Source: Flectonema sp. DT1601 (Eukaryota). Taken from it: DNA of 64,000 nucleotides. The position numbers and the translations under genes are program-made. Below are positions 48,631 to 62,883 of this stretch, piece by piece; positions within the stretch are counted from its first letter, which is position 1, and each line of letters begins with the position of its first letter. The notes beneath the pieces are model-generated. The model saw only the letters and a list, made by a program, of their open reading frames with translations, was not told where the DNA came from and did not search any database. The stretch covers positions 1,302,001-1,366,000 of the forward strand of contig OZ025797.1 in the NCBI GenBank assembly GCA_964019425.1. The letters are read 5' to 3'.

Positions 48631-49545
48631 TTACTTGGCCTATTCCATCGTCAGTCATTGCCCCCGCGTCATAGAACACCGGGTAGCCTGTCGTATGTGG
48701 TTGTATCTGAGAAAGGGATTTTTCAAGGAGTACAAATTCCTTAGTTTTTCTTCCTCTCTTCTGGTAGCAATGCAAAATTTCTTTTTGCTTCTTTAGCTAT
48801 TGCAGTTGCAACACTGACCTCAAAACAGTAGTGTTAGTTAGTTACAACACACAGTTAACATTATTTCAAATGCAGACATCAGTAATGGGAAAATATTGTT
48901 ATCGCTCGAAAAGTATGATAAGCAGAAATCGTGTTAGAGGGGAAGACATTATAGAAACTCTTAATACATTCTAGTCTCTCGCGTGGTTAACCCAAGGCTT
49001 CAGGGGCCTCTGTCCAGTTAAAGTCACAAACTTTCATGTCGGTTTTCAGTCACTGCTGGTGTTAAAGATAAGTGCTGCTACAGGGCACTCAACCTGTAGT
49101 ACGTGGCCCCCGAATCCCCATATTCGACAGCACATATGGGATTTTTTATCGATAGCAACTGTTGATTTCTTATATTGCAACCTGGTTTGGCCGAACCCTA
49201 TTCTCGTTTTTGCCAGTTTCAAGTTGCTTTCTATTTTATATTAGTATCAAGTTACCCCCAACACAGCTCTTATCGCTAAGCAAGTAGTAAAATGGCTAGC
49301 AGAGTGAACTCGAAGAACGAGGAGTCCCATGGGAAGGTGAATGACCATGTGCTGCATGCCAGAAGAAAGGGTGATGGTGTACGATCGCAAGGTCCAATGC
49401 CAAGGACAGACACTACAACTATGCAGACGGTGTTTAGATGCTTGCTGGAGTTGCCTATTAGTGATCTTGCTTATGTCATTTATCATTTCTTCCACAGAAA
49501 ACAATCCCATCCCTCCCCAAAACAACAACAACACCACAAAAACAA

Positions 49546-51925
49546 ATGTCCACCTCATCCAATGTTCAGCTGAACGAACAAGTTTTAAAATGGATATCTG
49601 AGACCAAAGAAGCGATTAATACGACTCAAGAAGAATTCGATAAAGTAGTCAACATTATTTTAAAGGAGGGAAAAGGCCTAACTGGCGATGAAGCTGCCTT
49701 CATAAAAAGATGCGTCGTCATGTCTGGAAGTCTCGCAGATCACAAGCAGAAGCTAACAACAGACTTAGAGGACCTGAAGGTAGAAGAGAAAAACTACAGG
49801 GAGGTGCTGAAGAAATCTTCTGAGGTATACCTTTTACTTTTTGTTTGTAACGCATTTCGGGGTAAACCTGTCTGATCGGGTCCAACCTTTTTTTGTATTG
49901 GTCACAGTACAGCCCTTCGGATTGATTATTGAAATTACTTGTTCACCAAAAGAAAAACAATCATCCACACAGACGCCTGATGTTGTACCATACACAGTAG
50001 AGGAGGTAGAGAAGCTTTTGGACCCTTCAAAAATGAAGATGGAGACTGTTGTTGCAAATAAGCCACTCCTTGATAGGGAAAATGCACGCAATGCACTTGA
50101 TGTGGTGTTGCATCAAAAACGTATAAATGATAGGTGGCATGTCATCACAACTGTAGGAATTCCAGGCTCAGGGAAGACCTTCCTGCTACGTAAAGGGATT
50201 ATGTATGAATGGTATCCTGATCGAAGTATTATGATGACCTTTTATGAGCATGCACAGATTATCGATGATGGAAAGATGGATCCGCTTGTTGCCTTTGCTC
50301 GTCAGCTTGTCCAAACAAACAACTTCAGAGGAGACGTTGATTTCAACCGCATTGTAGACTTCCATGGAGTGATCACAGCCTTTCGACAGAAGCTTGGCCT
50401 ATCTGATGAGATCCCTTTGATTGTCTGTATTGATGAACTTATTAAATTGCGTGAACATCACATTATGCTCTTGCGAAGGGAAGGTGTGGATGAGCAAAGG
50501 TTGAAACTCCAAGCCACAGATCGATGCAAAATGCTGAGAACTGCCCTGATGGCCTATCAGGACAGATGCACTAATAACAAGTTACCCGAGATACGATTTG
50601 TCTGGACGTCACACACCGAGTTGTTTGATAACGAAATGACCGCGTCTGTAGGTAGTCGTCGTCAGATCGTTCACATACCATTAACAAACCTAACTCATGA
50701 AAATGCCCTGAATCTATTGAGACTTGACGAACTTAAAGGGGCAGGGGATCTGGTAACTGAGTGGTCATTGAATATGTGTGCTGGTAATCCCCGTGCGATT
50801 GTGAGTCTCCCCGAAGTGATTAATGACGCAAAGTGTTTTGGTACAGCTGGTCTTGCTTCACGCATAGCTAGTGGAATTTATAGAGCATGCATGTTTCAAA
50901 CGCTTCACATTTCATTTGTTGAGGACCACCTCGCTGCAGTTCTCACAAAGTCACTCAACAGTGCCACAGAGGATGCATTACGAATTAGGGGTGCTCTCCA
51001 CAAACTCTCCAATGGTGTTGAATGCTTAATTCCAAGTTTGGTTTGGGCATGGGCAAATGAAAAGCACACAAAGATGGTTGGGGAGTGGTTGATTGAATAT
51101 TTCGGCAGTGATGCAAACATGAACCCCAAAACATTTGAAGAGACAACACTCTACTTTGAAGGGCTTCTGAACCATGCATACAGACAGCTGAAGAAAACAC
51201 CATTTCTGAGTGAATATTTTGATGGGGCTGACCATATCCAGGAAAACATAAAAGAATTGATTGTTCACCCCAGGAAAGTGTTAAGAGCGGAAGAACCTTC
51301 ATCCCTTAGCAGCTTGGGATCTGAAGAGCTTTACAATAAGCTCCAATCTGGACAAGCTGTGTACTCGAAAAATGTTGTCGGAGAGGGTGGTGACATTCTG
51401 ATCCCTTTGATGCTCTCTGAAGGAAAGAAAAAGGCAACGCTCTACCTATTCTGTGCCCAGTGCAAACTAGCAAAGAGAGTCGATAGCCTCCAAGAAGTAG
51501 AAACGAAGGCTGTGGAAATTCCAGCTGTCCAGGAACTCCAGGCTTGGGCGAATAAACAGAAGAAACCACTTGATGTACATGGTCTTTATTTCACCACACA
51601 CACACCCAAGCTTCAAACTGCAAAGCGGAAGGGTGTTTGGTTCACAAAGGATTCTATGGAGAAGTGGCTGAGCAGACTTGGTTTGCCAAGAGTCAATTAC
51701 CACCATGCAAGAACCTCAACATCTGGTAGCTCCGCTGACCCTGCATCACCAAAACATAAAGAATCAAAGGAAAATTCCAATCAAATACCCCACGACACCA
51801 CTAGAAATAAATTAAAAAGACACCTTTCAGAAAGCAGCAACGATACACCAAATCTAAGGTCTGAACCAACTGGTAGAGTTACTAAGAGAGGCAAAAGCCA
51901 TGTGTCGGAGGAAAATGACTGGTAA
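49546..51925 (+). CDS. NTPase-nuclease gene, copy 2
   Basis: Translation identical to copy 1. Confidence 0.8.
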
Positions 51926-53206
51926 TAATGTAAAAAAACCCGCAAACCCGCACTAGAGATACCCGTCGAGGCTCGCTTCGCTCGCTTTGTTTTGTTTTTG
52001 TTTTTTTGAATTCAACTTGTTTTTCCTTTGGTTGAGTATGCTAAAATGACAACGATGGCTGGGTTATTATAATGGATATGTGGATTATTTCAAGTTAACC
52101 ATTTTTTTCCAGCTGCATTTTTCTTCTGGTGCCTTACACAGCAAAAAAAGCAACCGAATTTTGTTCTACCACCAAGTGGAAAAAACCGCACTAATTTTTT
52201 CTCAAAAAAACCGCACTAATTTTTCCGCGCAGTAATATTTCCCCGCAGTAATTATTCAGCGCAGTAATATTTCCAGTTGCAGTATTATTCCTTACTTGGC
52301 CTATTCCATCGTCAGTCATTGCCCCCGCGTCATAGAACACCGGGTAGCCTGTCGTATGTGGTTGTATCTGAGAAAGGGATTTTTCAAGGAGTACAAATTC
52401 CTTAGTTTTTCTTCCTCTCTTCTGGTAGCAATGCAAAATTTCTTTTTGCTTCTTTAGCTATTGCAGTTGCAACACTGACCTCAAAACAGTAGTGTTAGTT
52501 AGTTACAACACACAGTTAACATTATTTCAAATGCAGACATCAGTAATGGGAAAATATTGTTATCGCTCGAAAAGTATGATAAGCAGAAATCGTGTTAGAG
52601 GGGAAGACATTATAGAAACTCTTAATACATTCTAGTCTCTCGCGTGGTTAACCCAAGGCTTCAGGGGCCTCTGTCCAGTTAAAGTCACAAACTTTCATGT
52701 CGGTTTTCAGTCACTGCTGGTGTTAAAGATAAGTGCTGCTACAGGGCACTCAACCTGTAGTACGTGGCCCCCGAATCCCCATATTCGACAGCACATATGG
52801 GATTTTTTATCGATAGCAACTGTTGATTTCTTATATTGCAACCTGGTTTGGCCGAACCCTATTCTCGTTTTTGCCAGTTTCAAGTTGCTTTCTATTTTAT
52901 ATTAGTATCAAGTTACCCCCAACACAGCTCTTATCGCTAAGCAAGTAGTAAAATGGCTAGCAGAGTGAACTCGAAGAACGAGGAGTCCCATGGGAAGGTG
53001 AATGACCATGTGCTGCATGCCAGAAGAAAGGGTGATGGTGTACGATCGCAAGGTCCAATGCCAAGGACAGACACTACAACTATGCAGACGGTGTTTAGAT
53101 GCTTGCTGGAGTTGCCTATTAGTGATCTTGCTTATGTCATTTATCATTTCTTCCACAGAAAACAATCCCATCCCTCCCCAAAACAACAACAACACCACAA
53201 AAACAA

Positions 53207-55586
53207 ATGTCCACCTCATCCAATGTTCAGCTGAACGAACAAGTTTTAAAATGGATATCTGAGACCAAAGAAGCGATTAATACGACTCAAGAAGAATTCG
53301 ATAAAGTAGTCAACATTATTTTAAAGGAGGGAAAAGGCCTAACTGGCGATGAAGCTGCCTTCATAAAAAGATGCGTCGTCATGTCTGGAAGTCTCGCAGA
53401 TCACAAGCAGAAGCTAACAACAGACTTAGAGGACCTGAAGGTAGAAGAGAAAAACTACAGGGAGGTGCTGAAGAAATCTTCTGAGGTATACCTTTTACTT
53501 TTTGTTTGTAACGCATTTCGGGGTAAACCTGTCTGATCGGGTCCAACCTTTTTTTGTATTGGTCACAGTACAGCCCTTCGGATTGATTATTGAAATTACT
53601 TGTTCACCAAAAGAAAAACAATCATCCACACAGACGCCTGATGTTGTACCATACACAGTAGAGGAGGTAGAGAAGCTTTTGGACCCTTCAAAAATGAAGA
53701 TGGAGACTGTTGTTGCAAATAAGCCACTCCTTGATAGGGAAAATGCACGCAATGCACTTGATGTGGTGTTGCATCAAAAACGTATAAATGATAGGTGGCA
53801 TGTCATCACAACTGTAGGAATTCCAGGCTCAGGGAAGACCTTCCTGCTACGTAAAGGGATTATGTATGAATGGTATCCTGATCGAAGTATTATGATGACC
53901 TTTTATGAGCATGCACAGATTATCGATGATGGAAAGATGGATCCGCTTGTTGCCTTTGCTCGTCAGCTTGTCCAAACAAACAACTTCAGAGGAGACGTTG
54001 ATTTCAACCGCATTGTAGACTTCCATGGAGTGATCACAGCCTTTCGACAGAAGCTTGGCCTATCTGATGAGATCCCTTTGATTGTCTGTATTGATGAACT
54101 TATTAAATTGCGTGAACATCACATTATGCTCTTGCGAAGGGAAGGTGTGGATGAGCAAAGGTTGAAACTCCAAGCCACAGATCGATGCAAAATGCTGAGA
54201 ACTGCCCTGATGGCCTATCAGGACAGATGCACTAATAACAAGTTACCCGAGATACGATTTGTCTGGACGTCACACACCGAGTTGTTTGATAACGAAATGA
54301 CCGCGTCTGTAGGTAGTCGTCGTCAGATCGTTCACATACCATTAACAAACCTAACTCATGAAAATGCCCTGAATCTATTGAGACTTGACGAACTTAAAGG
54401 GGCAGGGGATCTGGTAACTGAGTGGTCATTGAATATGTGTGCTGGTAATCCCCGTGCGATTGTGAGTCTCCCCGAAGTGATTAATGACGCAAAGTGTTTT
54501 GGTACAGCTGGTCTTGCTTCACGCATAGCTAGTGGAATTTATAGAGCATGCATGTTTCAAACGCTTCACATTTCATTTGTTGAGGACCACCTCGCTGCAG
54601 TTCTCACAAAGTCACTCAACAGTGCCACAGAGGATGCATTACGAATTAGGGGTGCTCTCCACAAACTCTCCAATGGTGTTGAATGCTTAATTCCAAGTTT
54701 GGTTTGGGCATGGGCAAATGAAAAGCACACAAAGATGGTTGGGGAGTGGTTGATTGAATATTTCGGCAGTGATGCAAACATGAACCCCAAAACATTTGAA
54801 GAGACAACACTCTACTTTGAAGGGCTTCTGAACCATGCATACAGACAGCTGAAGAAAACACCATTTCTGAGTGAATATTTTGATGGGGCTGACCATATCC
54901 AGGAAAACATAAAAGAATTGATTGTTCACCCCAGGAAAGTGTTAAGAGCGGAAGAACCTTCATCCCTTAGCAGCTTGGGATCTGAAGAGCTTTACAATAA
55001 GCTCCAATCTGGACAAGCTGTGTACTCGAAAAATGTTGTCGGAGAGGGTGGTGACATTCTGATCCCTTTGATGCTCTCTGAAGGAAAGAAAAAGGCAACG
55101 CTCTACCTATTCTGTGCCCAGTGCAAACTAGCAAAGAGAGTCGATAGCCTCCAAGAAGTAGAAACGAAGGCTGTGGAAATTCCAGCTGTCCAGGAACTCC
55201 AGGCTTGGGCGAATAAACAGAAGAAACCACTTGATGTACATGGTCTTTATTTCACCACACACACACCCAAGCTTCAAACTGCAAAGCGGAAGGGTGTTTG
55301 GTTCACAAAGGATTCTATGGAGAAGTGGCTGAGCAGACTTGGTTTGCCAAGAGTCAATTACCACCATGCAAGAACCTCAACATCTGGTAGCTCCGCTGAC
55401 CCTGCATCACCAAAACATAAAGAATCAAAGGAAAATTCCAATCAAATACCCCACGACACCACTAGAAATAAATTAAAAAGACACCTTTCAGAAAGCAGCA
55501 ACGATACACCAAATCTAAGGTCTGAACCAACTGGTAGAGTTACTAAGAGAGGCAAAAGCCATGTGTCGGAGGAAAATGACTGGTAA
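53207..55586 (+). CDS. NTPase-nuclease gene, copy 3
   Basis: Translation identical to copy 1. Confidence 0.8.
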
Positions 55587-56867
55587 TAATGTAAAAAAAC
55601 CCGCAAACCCGCACTAGAGATACCCGTCGAGGCTCGCTTCGCTCGCTTTGTTTTGTTTTTGTTTTTTTGAATTCAACTTGTTTTTCCTTTGGTTGAGTAT
55701 GCTAAAATGACAACGATGGCTGGGTTATTATAATGGATATGTGGATTATTTCAAGTTAACCATTTTTTTCCAGCTGCATTTTTCTTCTGGTGCCTTACAC
55801 AGCAAAAAAAGCAACCGAATTTTGTTCTACCACCAAGTGGAAAAAACCGCACTAATTTTTTCTCAAAAAAACCGCACTAATTTTTCCGCGCAGTAATATT
55901 TCCCCGCAGTAATTATTCAGCGCAGTAATATTTCCAGTTGCAGTATTATTCCTTACTTGGCCTATTCCATCGTCAGTCATTGCCCCCGCGTCATAGAACA
56001 CCGGGTAGCCTGTCGTATGTGGTTGTATCTGAGAAAGGGATTTTTCAAGGAGTACAAATTCCTTAGTTTTTCTTCCTCTCTTCTGGTAGCAATGCAAAAT
56101 TTCTTTTTGCTTCTTTAGCTATTGCAGTTGCAACACTGACCTCAAAACAGTAGTGTTAGTTAGTTACAACACACAGTTAACATTATTTCAAATGCAGACA
56201 TCAGTAATGGGAAAATATTGTTATCGCTCGAAAAGTATGATAAGCAGAAATCGTGTTAGAGGGGAAGACATTATAGAAACTCTTAATACATTCTAGTCTC
56301 TCGCGTGGTTAACCCAAGGCTTCAGGGGCCTCTGTCCAGTTAAAGTCACAAACTTTCATGTCGGTTTTCAGTCACTGCTGGTGTTAAAGATAAGTGCTGC
56401 TACAGGGCACTCAACCTGTAGTACGTGGCCCCCGAATCCCCATATTCGACAGCACATATGGGATTTTTTATCGATAGCAACTGTTGATTTCTTATATTGC
56501 AACCTGGTTTGGCCGAACCCTATTCTCGTTTTTGCCAGTTTCAAGTTGCTTTCTATTTTATATTAGTATCAAGTTACCCCCAACACAGCTCTTATCGCTA
56601 AGCAAGTAGTAAAATGGCTAGCAGAGTGAACTCGAAGAACGAGGAGTCCCATGGGAAGGTGAATGACCATGTGCTGCATGCCAGAAGAAAGGGTGATGGT
56701 GTACGATCGCAAGGTCCAATGCCAAGGACAGACACTACAACTATGCAGACGGTGTTTAGATGCTTGCTGGAGTTGCCTATTAGTGATCTTGCTTATGTCA
56801 TTTATCATTTCTTCCACAGAAAACAATCCCATCCCTCCCCAAAACAACAACAACACCACAAAAACAA

Positions 56868-59247
56868 ATGTCCACCTCATCCAATGTTCAGCTGAACGAA
56901 CAAGTTTTAAAATGGATATCTGAGACCAAAGAAGCGATTAATACGACTCAAGAAGAATTCGATAAAGTAGTCAACATTATTTTAAAGGAGGGAAAAGGCC
57001 TAACTGGCGATGAAGCTGCCTTCATAAAAAGATGCGTCGTCATGTCTGGAAGTCTCGCAGATCACAAGCAGAAGCTAACAACAGACTTAGAGGACCTGAA
57101 GGTAGAAGAGAAAAACTACAGGGAGGTGCTGAAGAAATCTTCTGAGGTATACCTTTTACTTTTTGTTTGTAACGCATTTCGGGGTAAACCTGTCTGATCG
57201 GGTCCAACCTTTTTTTGTATTGGTCACAGTACAGCCCTTCGGATTGATTATTGAAATTACTTGTTCACCAAAAGAAAAACAATCATCCACACAGACGCCT
57301 GATGTTGTACCATACACAGTAGAGGAGGTAGAGAAGCTTTTGGACCCTTCAAAAATGAAGATGGAGACTGTTGTTGCAAATAAGCCACTCCTTGATAGGG
57401 AAAATGCACGCAATGCACTTGATGTGGTGTTGCATCAAAAACGTATAAATGATAGGTGGCATGTCATCACAACTGTAGGAATTCCAGGCTCAGGGAAGAC
57501 CTTCCTGCTACGTAAAGGGATTATGTATGAATGGTATCCTGATCGAAGTATTATGATGACCTTTTATGAGCATGCACAGATTATCGATGATGGAAAGATG
57601 GATCCGCTTGTTGCCTTTGCTCGTCAGCTTGTCCAAACAAACAACTTCAGAGGAGACGTTGATTTCAACCGCATTGTAGACTTCCATGGAGTGATCACAG
57701 CCTTTCGACAGAAGCTTGGCCTATCTGATGAGATCCCTTTGATTGTCTGTATTGATGAACTTATTAAATTGCGTGAACATCACATTATGCTCTTGCGAAG
57801 GGAAGGTGTGGATGAGCAAAGGTTGAAACTCCAAGCCACAGATCGATGCAAAATGCTGAGAACTGCCCTGATGGCCTATCAGGACAGATGCACTAATAAC
57901 AAGTTACCCGAGATACGATTTGTCTGGACGTCACACACCGAGTTGTTTGATAACGAAATGACCGCGTCTGTAGGTAGTCGTCGTCAGATCGTTCACATAC
58001 CATTAACAAACCTAACTCATGAAAATGCCCTGAATCTATTGAGACTTGACGAACTTAAAGGGGCAGGGGATCTGGTAACTGAGTGGTCATTGAATATGTG
58101 TGCTGGTAATCCCCGTGCGATTGTGAGTCTCCCCGAAGTGATTAATGACGCAAAGTGTTTTGGTACAGCTGGTCTTGCTTCACGCATAGCTAGTGGAATT
58201 TATAGAGCATGCATGTTTCAAACGCTTCACATTTCATTTGTTGAGGACCACCTCGCTGCAGTTCTCACAAAGTCACTCAACAGTGCCACAGAGGATGCAT
58301 TACGAATTAGGGGTGCTCTCCACAAACTCTCCAATGGTGTTGAATGCTTAATTCCAAGTTTGGTTTGGGCATGGGCAAATGAAAAGCACACAAAGATGGT
58401 TGGGGAGTGGTTGATTGAATATTTCGGCAGTGATGCAAACATGAACCCCAAAACATTTGAAGAGACAACACTCTACTTTGAAGGGCTTCTGAACCATGCA
58501 TACAGACAGCTGAAGAAAACACCATTTCTGAGTGAATATTTTGATGGGGCTGACCATATCCAGGAAAACATAAAAGAATTGATTGTTCACCCCAGGAAAG
58601 TGTTAAGAGCGGAAGAACCTTCATCCCTTAGCAGCTTGGGATCTGAAGAGCTTTACAATAAGCTCCAATCTGGACAAGCTGTGTACTCGAAAAATGTTGT
58701 CGGAGAGGGTGGTGACATTCTGATCCCTTTGATGCTCTCTGAAGGAAAGAAAAAGGCAACGCTCTACCTATTCTGTGCCCAGTGCAAACTAGCAAAGAGA
58801 GTCGATAGCCTCCAAGAAGTAGAAACGAAGGCTGTGGAAATTCCAGCTGTCCAGGAACTCCAGGCTTGGGCGAATAAACAGAAGAAACCACTTGATGTAC
58901 ATGGTCTTTATTTCACCACACACACACCCAAGCTTCAAACTGCAAAGCGGAAGGGTGTTTGGTTCACAAAGGATTCTATGGAGAAGTGGCTGAGCAGACT
59001 TGGTTTGCCAAGAGTCAATTACCACCATGCAAGAACCTCAACATCTGGTAGCTCCGCTGACCCTGCATCACCAAAACATAAAGAATCAAAGGAAAATTCC
59101 AATCAAATACCCCACGACACCACTAGAAATAAATTAAAAAGACACCTTTCAGAAAGCAGCAACGATACACCAAATCTAAGGTCTGAACCAACTGGTAGAG
59201 TTACTAAGAGAGGCAAAAGCCATGTGTCGGAGGAAAATGACTGGTAA
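56868..59247 (+). CDS. NTPase-nuclease gene, copy 4
   Basis: Translation identical to copy 1. Confidence 0.8.
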
Positions 59248-60503
59248 TAATGTAAAAAAACCCGCAAACCCGCACTAGAGATACCCGTCGAGGCTCGCTT
59301 CGCTCGCTTTGTTTTGTTTTTGTTTTTTTGAATTCAACTTGTTTTTCCTTTGGTTGAGTATGCTAAAATGACAACGATGGCTGGGTTATTATAATGGATA
59401 TGTGGATTATTTCAAGTTAACCATTTTTTTCCAGCTGCATTTTTCTTCTGGTGCCTTACACAGCAAAAAAAGCAACCGAATTTTGTTCTACCACCAAGTG
59501 GAAAAAACCGCACTAATTTTTCCGCGCAGTAATATTTCCCCGCAGTAATTATTCAGCGCAGTAATATTTCCAGTTGCAGTATTATTCCTTACTTGGCCTA
59601 TTCCATCGTCAGTCATTGCCCCCGCGTCATAGAACACCGGGTAGCCTGTCGTATGTGGTTGTATCTGAGAAAGGGATTTTTCAAGGAGTACAAATTCCTT
59701 AGTTTTTCTTCCTCTCTTCTGGTAGCAATGCAAAATTTCTTTTTGCTTCTTTAGCTATTGCAGTTGCAACACTGACCTCAAAACAGTAGTGTTAGTTAGT
59801 TACAACACACAGTTAACATTATTTCAAATGCAGACATCAGTAATGGGAAAATATTGTTATCGCTCGAAAAGTATGATAAGCAGAAATCGTGTTAGAGGGG
59901 AAGACATTATAGAAACTCTTAATACATTCTAGTCTCTCGCGTGGTTAACCCAAGGCTTCAGGGGCCTCTGTCCAGTTAAAGTCACAAACTTTCATGTCGG
60001 TTTTCAGTCACTGCTGGTGTTAAAGATAAGTGCTGCTACAGGGCACTCAACCTGTAGTACGTGGCCCCCGAATCCCCATATTCGACAGCACATATGGGAT
60101 TTTTTATCGATAGCAACTGTTGATTTCTTATATTGCAACCTGGTTTGGCCGAACCCTATTCTCGTTTTTGCCAGTTTCAAGTTGCTTTCTATTTTATATT
60201 AGTATCAAGTTACCCCCAACACAGCTCTTATCGCTAAGCAAGTAGTAAAATGGCTAGCAGAGTGAACTCGAAGAACGAGGAGTCCCATGGGAAGGTGAAT
60301 GACCATGTGCTGCATGCCAGAAGAAAGGGTGATGGTGTACGATCGCAAGGTCCAATGCCAAGGACAGACACTACAACTATGCAGACGGTGTTTAGATGCT
60401 TGCTGGAGTTGCCTATTAGTGATCTTGCTTATGTCATTTATCATTTCTTCCACAGAAAACAATCCCATCCCTCCCCAAAACAACAACAACACCACAAAAA
60501 CAA

Positions 60504-62883
60504 ATGTCCACCTCATCCAATGTTCAGCTGAACGAACAAGTTTTAAAATGGATATCTGAGACCAAAGAAGCGATTAATACGACTCAAGAAGAATTCGATA
60601 AAGTAGTCAACATTATTTTAAAGGAGGGAAAAGGCCTAACTGGCGATGAAGCTGCCTTCATAAAAAGATGCGTCGTCATGTCTGGAAGTCTCGCAGATCA
60701 CAAGCAGAAGCTAACAACAGACTTAGAGGACCTGAAGGTAGAAGAGAAAAACTACAGGGAGGTGCTGAAGAAATCTTCTGAGGTATACCTTTTACTTTTT
60801 GTTTGTAACGCATTTCGGGGTAAACCTGTCTGATCGGGTCCAACCTTTTTTTGTATTGGTCACAGTACAGCCCTTCGGATTGATTATTGAAATTACTTGT
60901 TCACCAAAAGAAAAACAATCATCCACACAGACGCCTGATGTTGTACCATACACAGTAGAGGAGGTAGAGAAGCTTTTGGACCCTTCAAAAATGAAGATGG
61001 AGACTGTTGTTGCAAATAAGCCACTCCTTGATAGGGAAAATGCACGCAATGCACTTGATGTGGTGTTGCATCAAAAACGTATAAATGATAGGTGGCATGT
61101 CATCACAACTGTAGGAATTCCAGGCTCAGGGAAGACCTTCCTGCTACGTAAAGGGATTATGTATGAATGGTATCCTGATCGAAGTATTATGATGACCTTT
61201 TATGAGCATGCACAGATTATCGATGATGGAAAGATGGATCCGCTTGTTGCCTTTGCTCGTCAGCTTGTCCAAACAAACAACTTCAGAGGAGACGTTGATT
61301 TCAACCGCATTGTAGACTTCCATGGAGTGATCACAGCCTTTCGACAGAAGCTTGGCCTATCTGATGAGATCCCTTTGATTGTCTGTATTGATGAACTTAT
61401 TAAATTGCGTGAACATCACATTATGCTCTTGCGAAGGGAAGGTGTGGATGAGCAAAGGTTGAAACTCCAAGCCACAGATCGATGCAAAATGCTGAGAACT
61501 GCCCTGATGGCCTATCAGGACAGATGCACTAATAACAAGTTACCCGAGATACGATTTGTCTGGACGTCACACACCGAGTTGTTTGATAACGAAATGACCG
61601 CGTCTGTAGGTAGTCGTCGTCAGATCGTTCACATACCATTAACAAACCTAACTCATGAAAATGCCCTGAATCTATTGAGACTTGACGAACTTAAAGGGGC
61701 AGGGGATCTGGTAACTGAGTGGTCATTGAATATGTGTGCTGGTAATCCCCGTGCGATTGTGAGTCTCCCCGAAGTGATTAATGACGCAAAGTGTTTTGGT
61801 ACAGCTGGTCTTGCTTCACGCATAGCTAGTGGAATTTATAGAGCATGCATGTTTCAAACGCTTCACATTTCATTTGTTGAGGACCACCTCGCTGCAGTTC
61901 TCACAAAGTCACTCAACAGTGCCACAGAGGATGCATTACGAATTAGGGGTGCTCTCCACAAACTCTCCAATGGTGTTGAATGCTTAATTCCAAGTTTGGT
62001 TTGGGCATGGGCAAATGAAAAGCACACAAAGATGGTTGGGGAGTGGTTGATTGAATATTTCGGCAGTGATGCAAACATGAACCCCAAAACATTTGAAGAG
62101 ACAACACTCTACTTTGAAGGGCTTCTGAACCATGCATACAGACAGCTGAAGAAAACACCATTTCTGAGTGAATATTTTGATGGGGCTGACCATATCCAGG
62201 AAAACATAAAAGAATTGATTGTTCACCCCAGGAAAGTGTTAAGAGCGGAAGAACCTTCATCCCTTAGCAGCTTGGGATCTGAAGAGCTTTACAATAAGCT
62301 CCAATCTGGACAAGCTGTGTACTCGAAAAATGTTGTCGGAGAGGGTGGTGACATTCTGATCCCTTTGATGCTCTCTGAAGGAAAGAAAAAGGCAACGCTC
62401 TACCTATTCTGTGCCCAGTGCAAACTAGCAAAGAGAGTCGATAGCCTCCAAGAAGTAGAAACGAAGGCTGTGGAAATTCCAGCTGTCCAGGAACTCCAGG
62501 CTTGGGCGAATAAACAGAAGAAACCACTTGATGTACATGGTCTTTATTTCACCACACACACACCCAAGCTTCAAACTGCAAAGCGGAAGGGTGTTTGGTT
62601 CACAAAGGATTCTATGGAGAAGTGGCTGAGCAGACTTGGTTTGCCAAGAGTCAATTACCACCATGCAAGAACCTCAACATCTGGTAGCTCCGCTGACCCT
62701 GCATCACCAAAACATAAAGAATCAAAGGAAAATTCCAATCAAATACCCCACGACACCACTAGAAATAAATTAAAAAGACACCTTTCAGAAAGCAGCAACG
62801 ATACACCAAATCTAAGGTCTGAACCAACTGGTAGAGTTACTAAGAGAGGCAAAAGCCATGTGTCGGAGGAAAATGACTGGTAA
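60504..62883 (+). CDS. NTPase-nuclease gene, copy 5
   Basis: Translation identical to copy 1. Confidence 0.8.
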
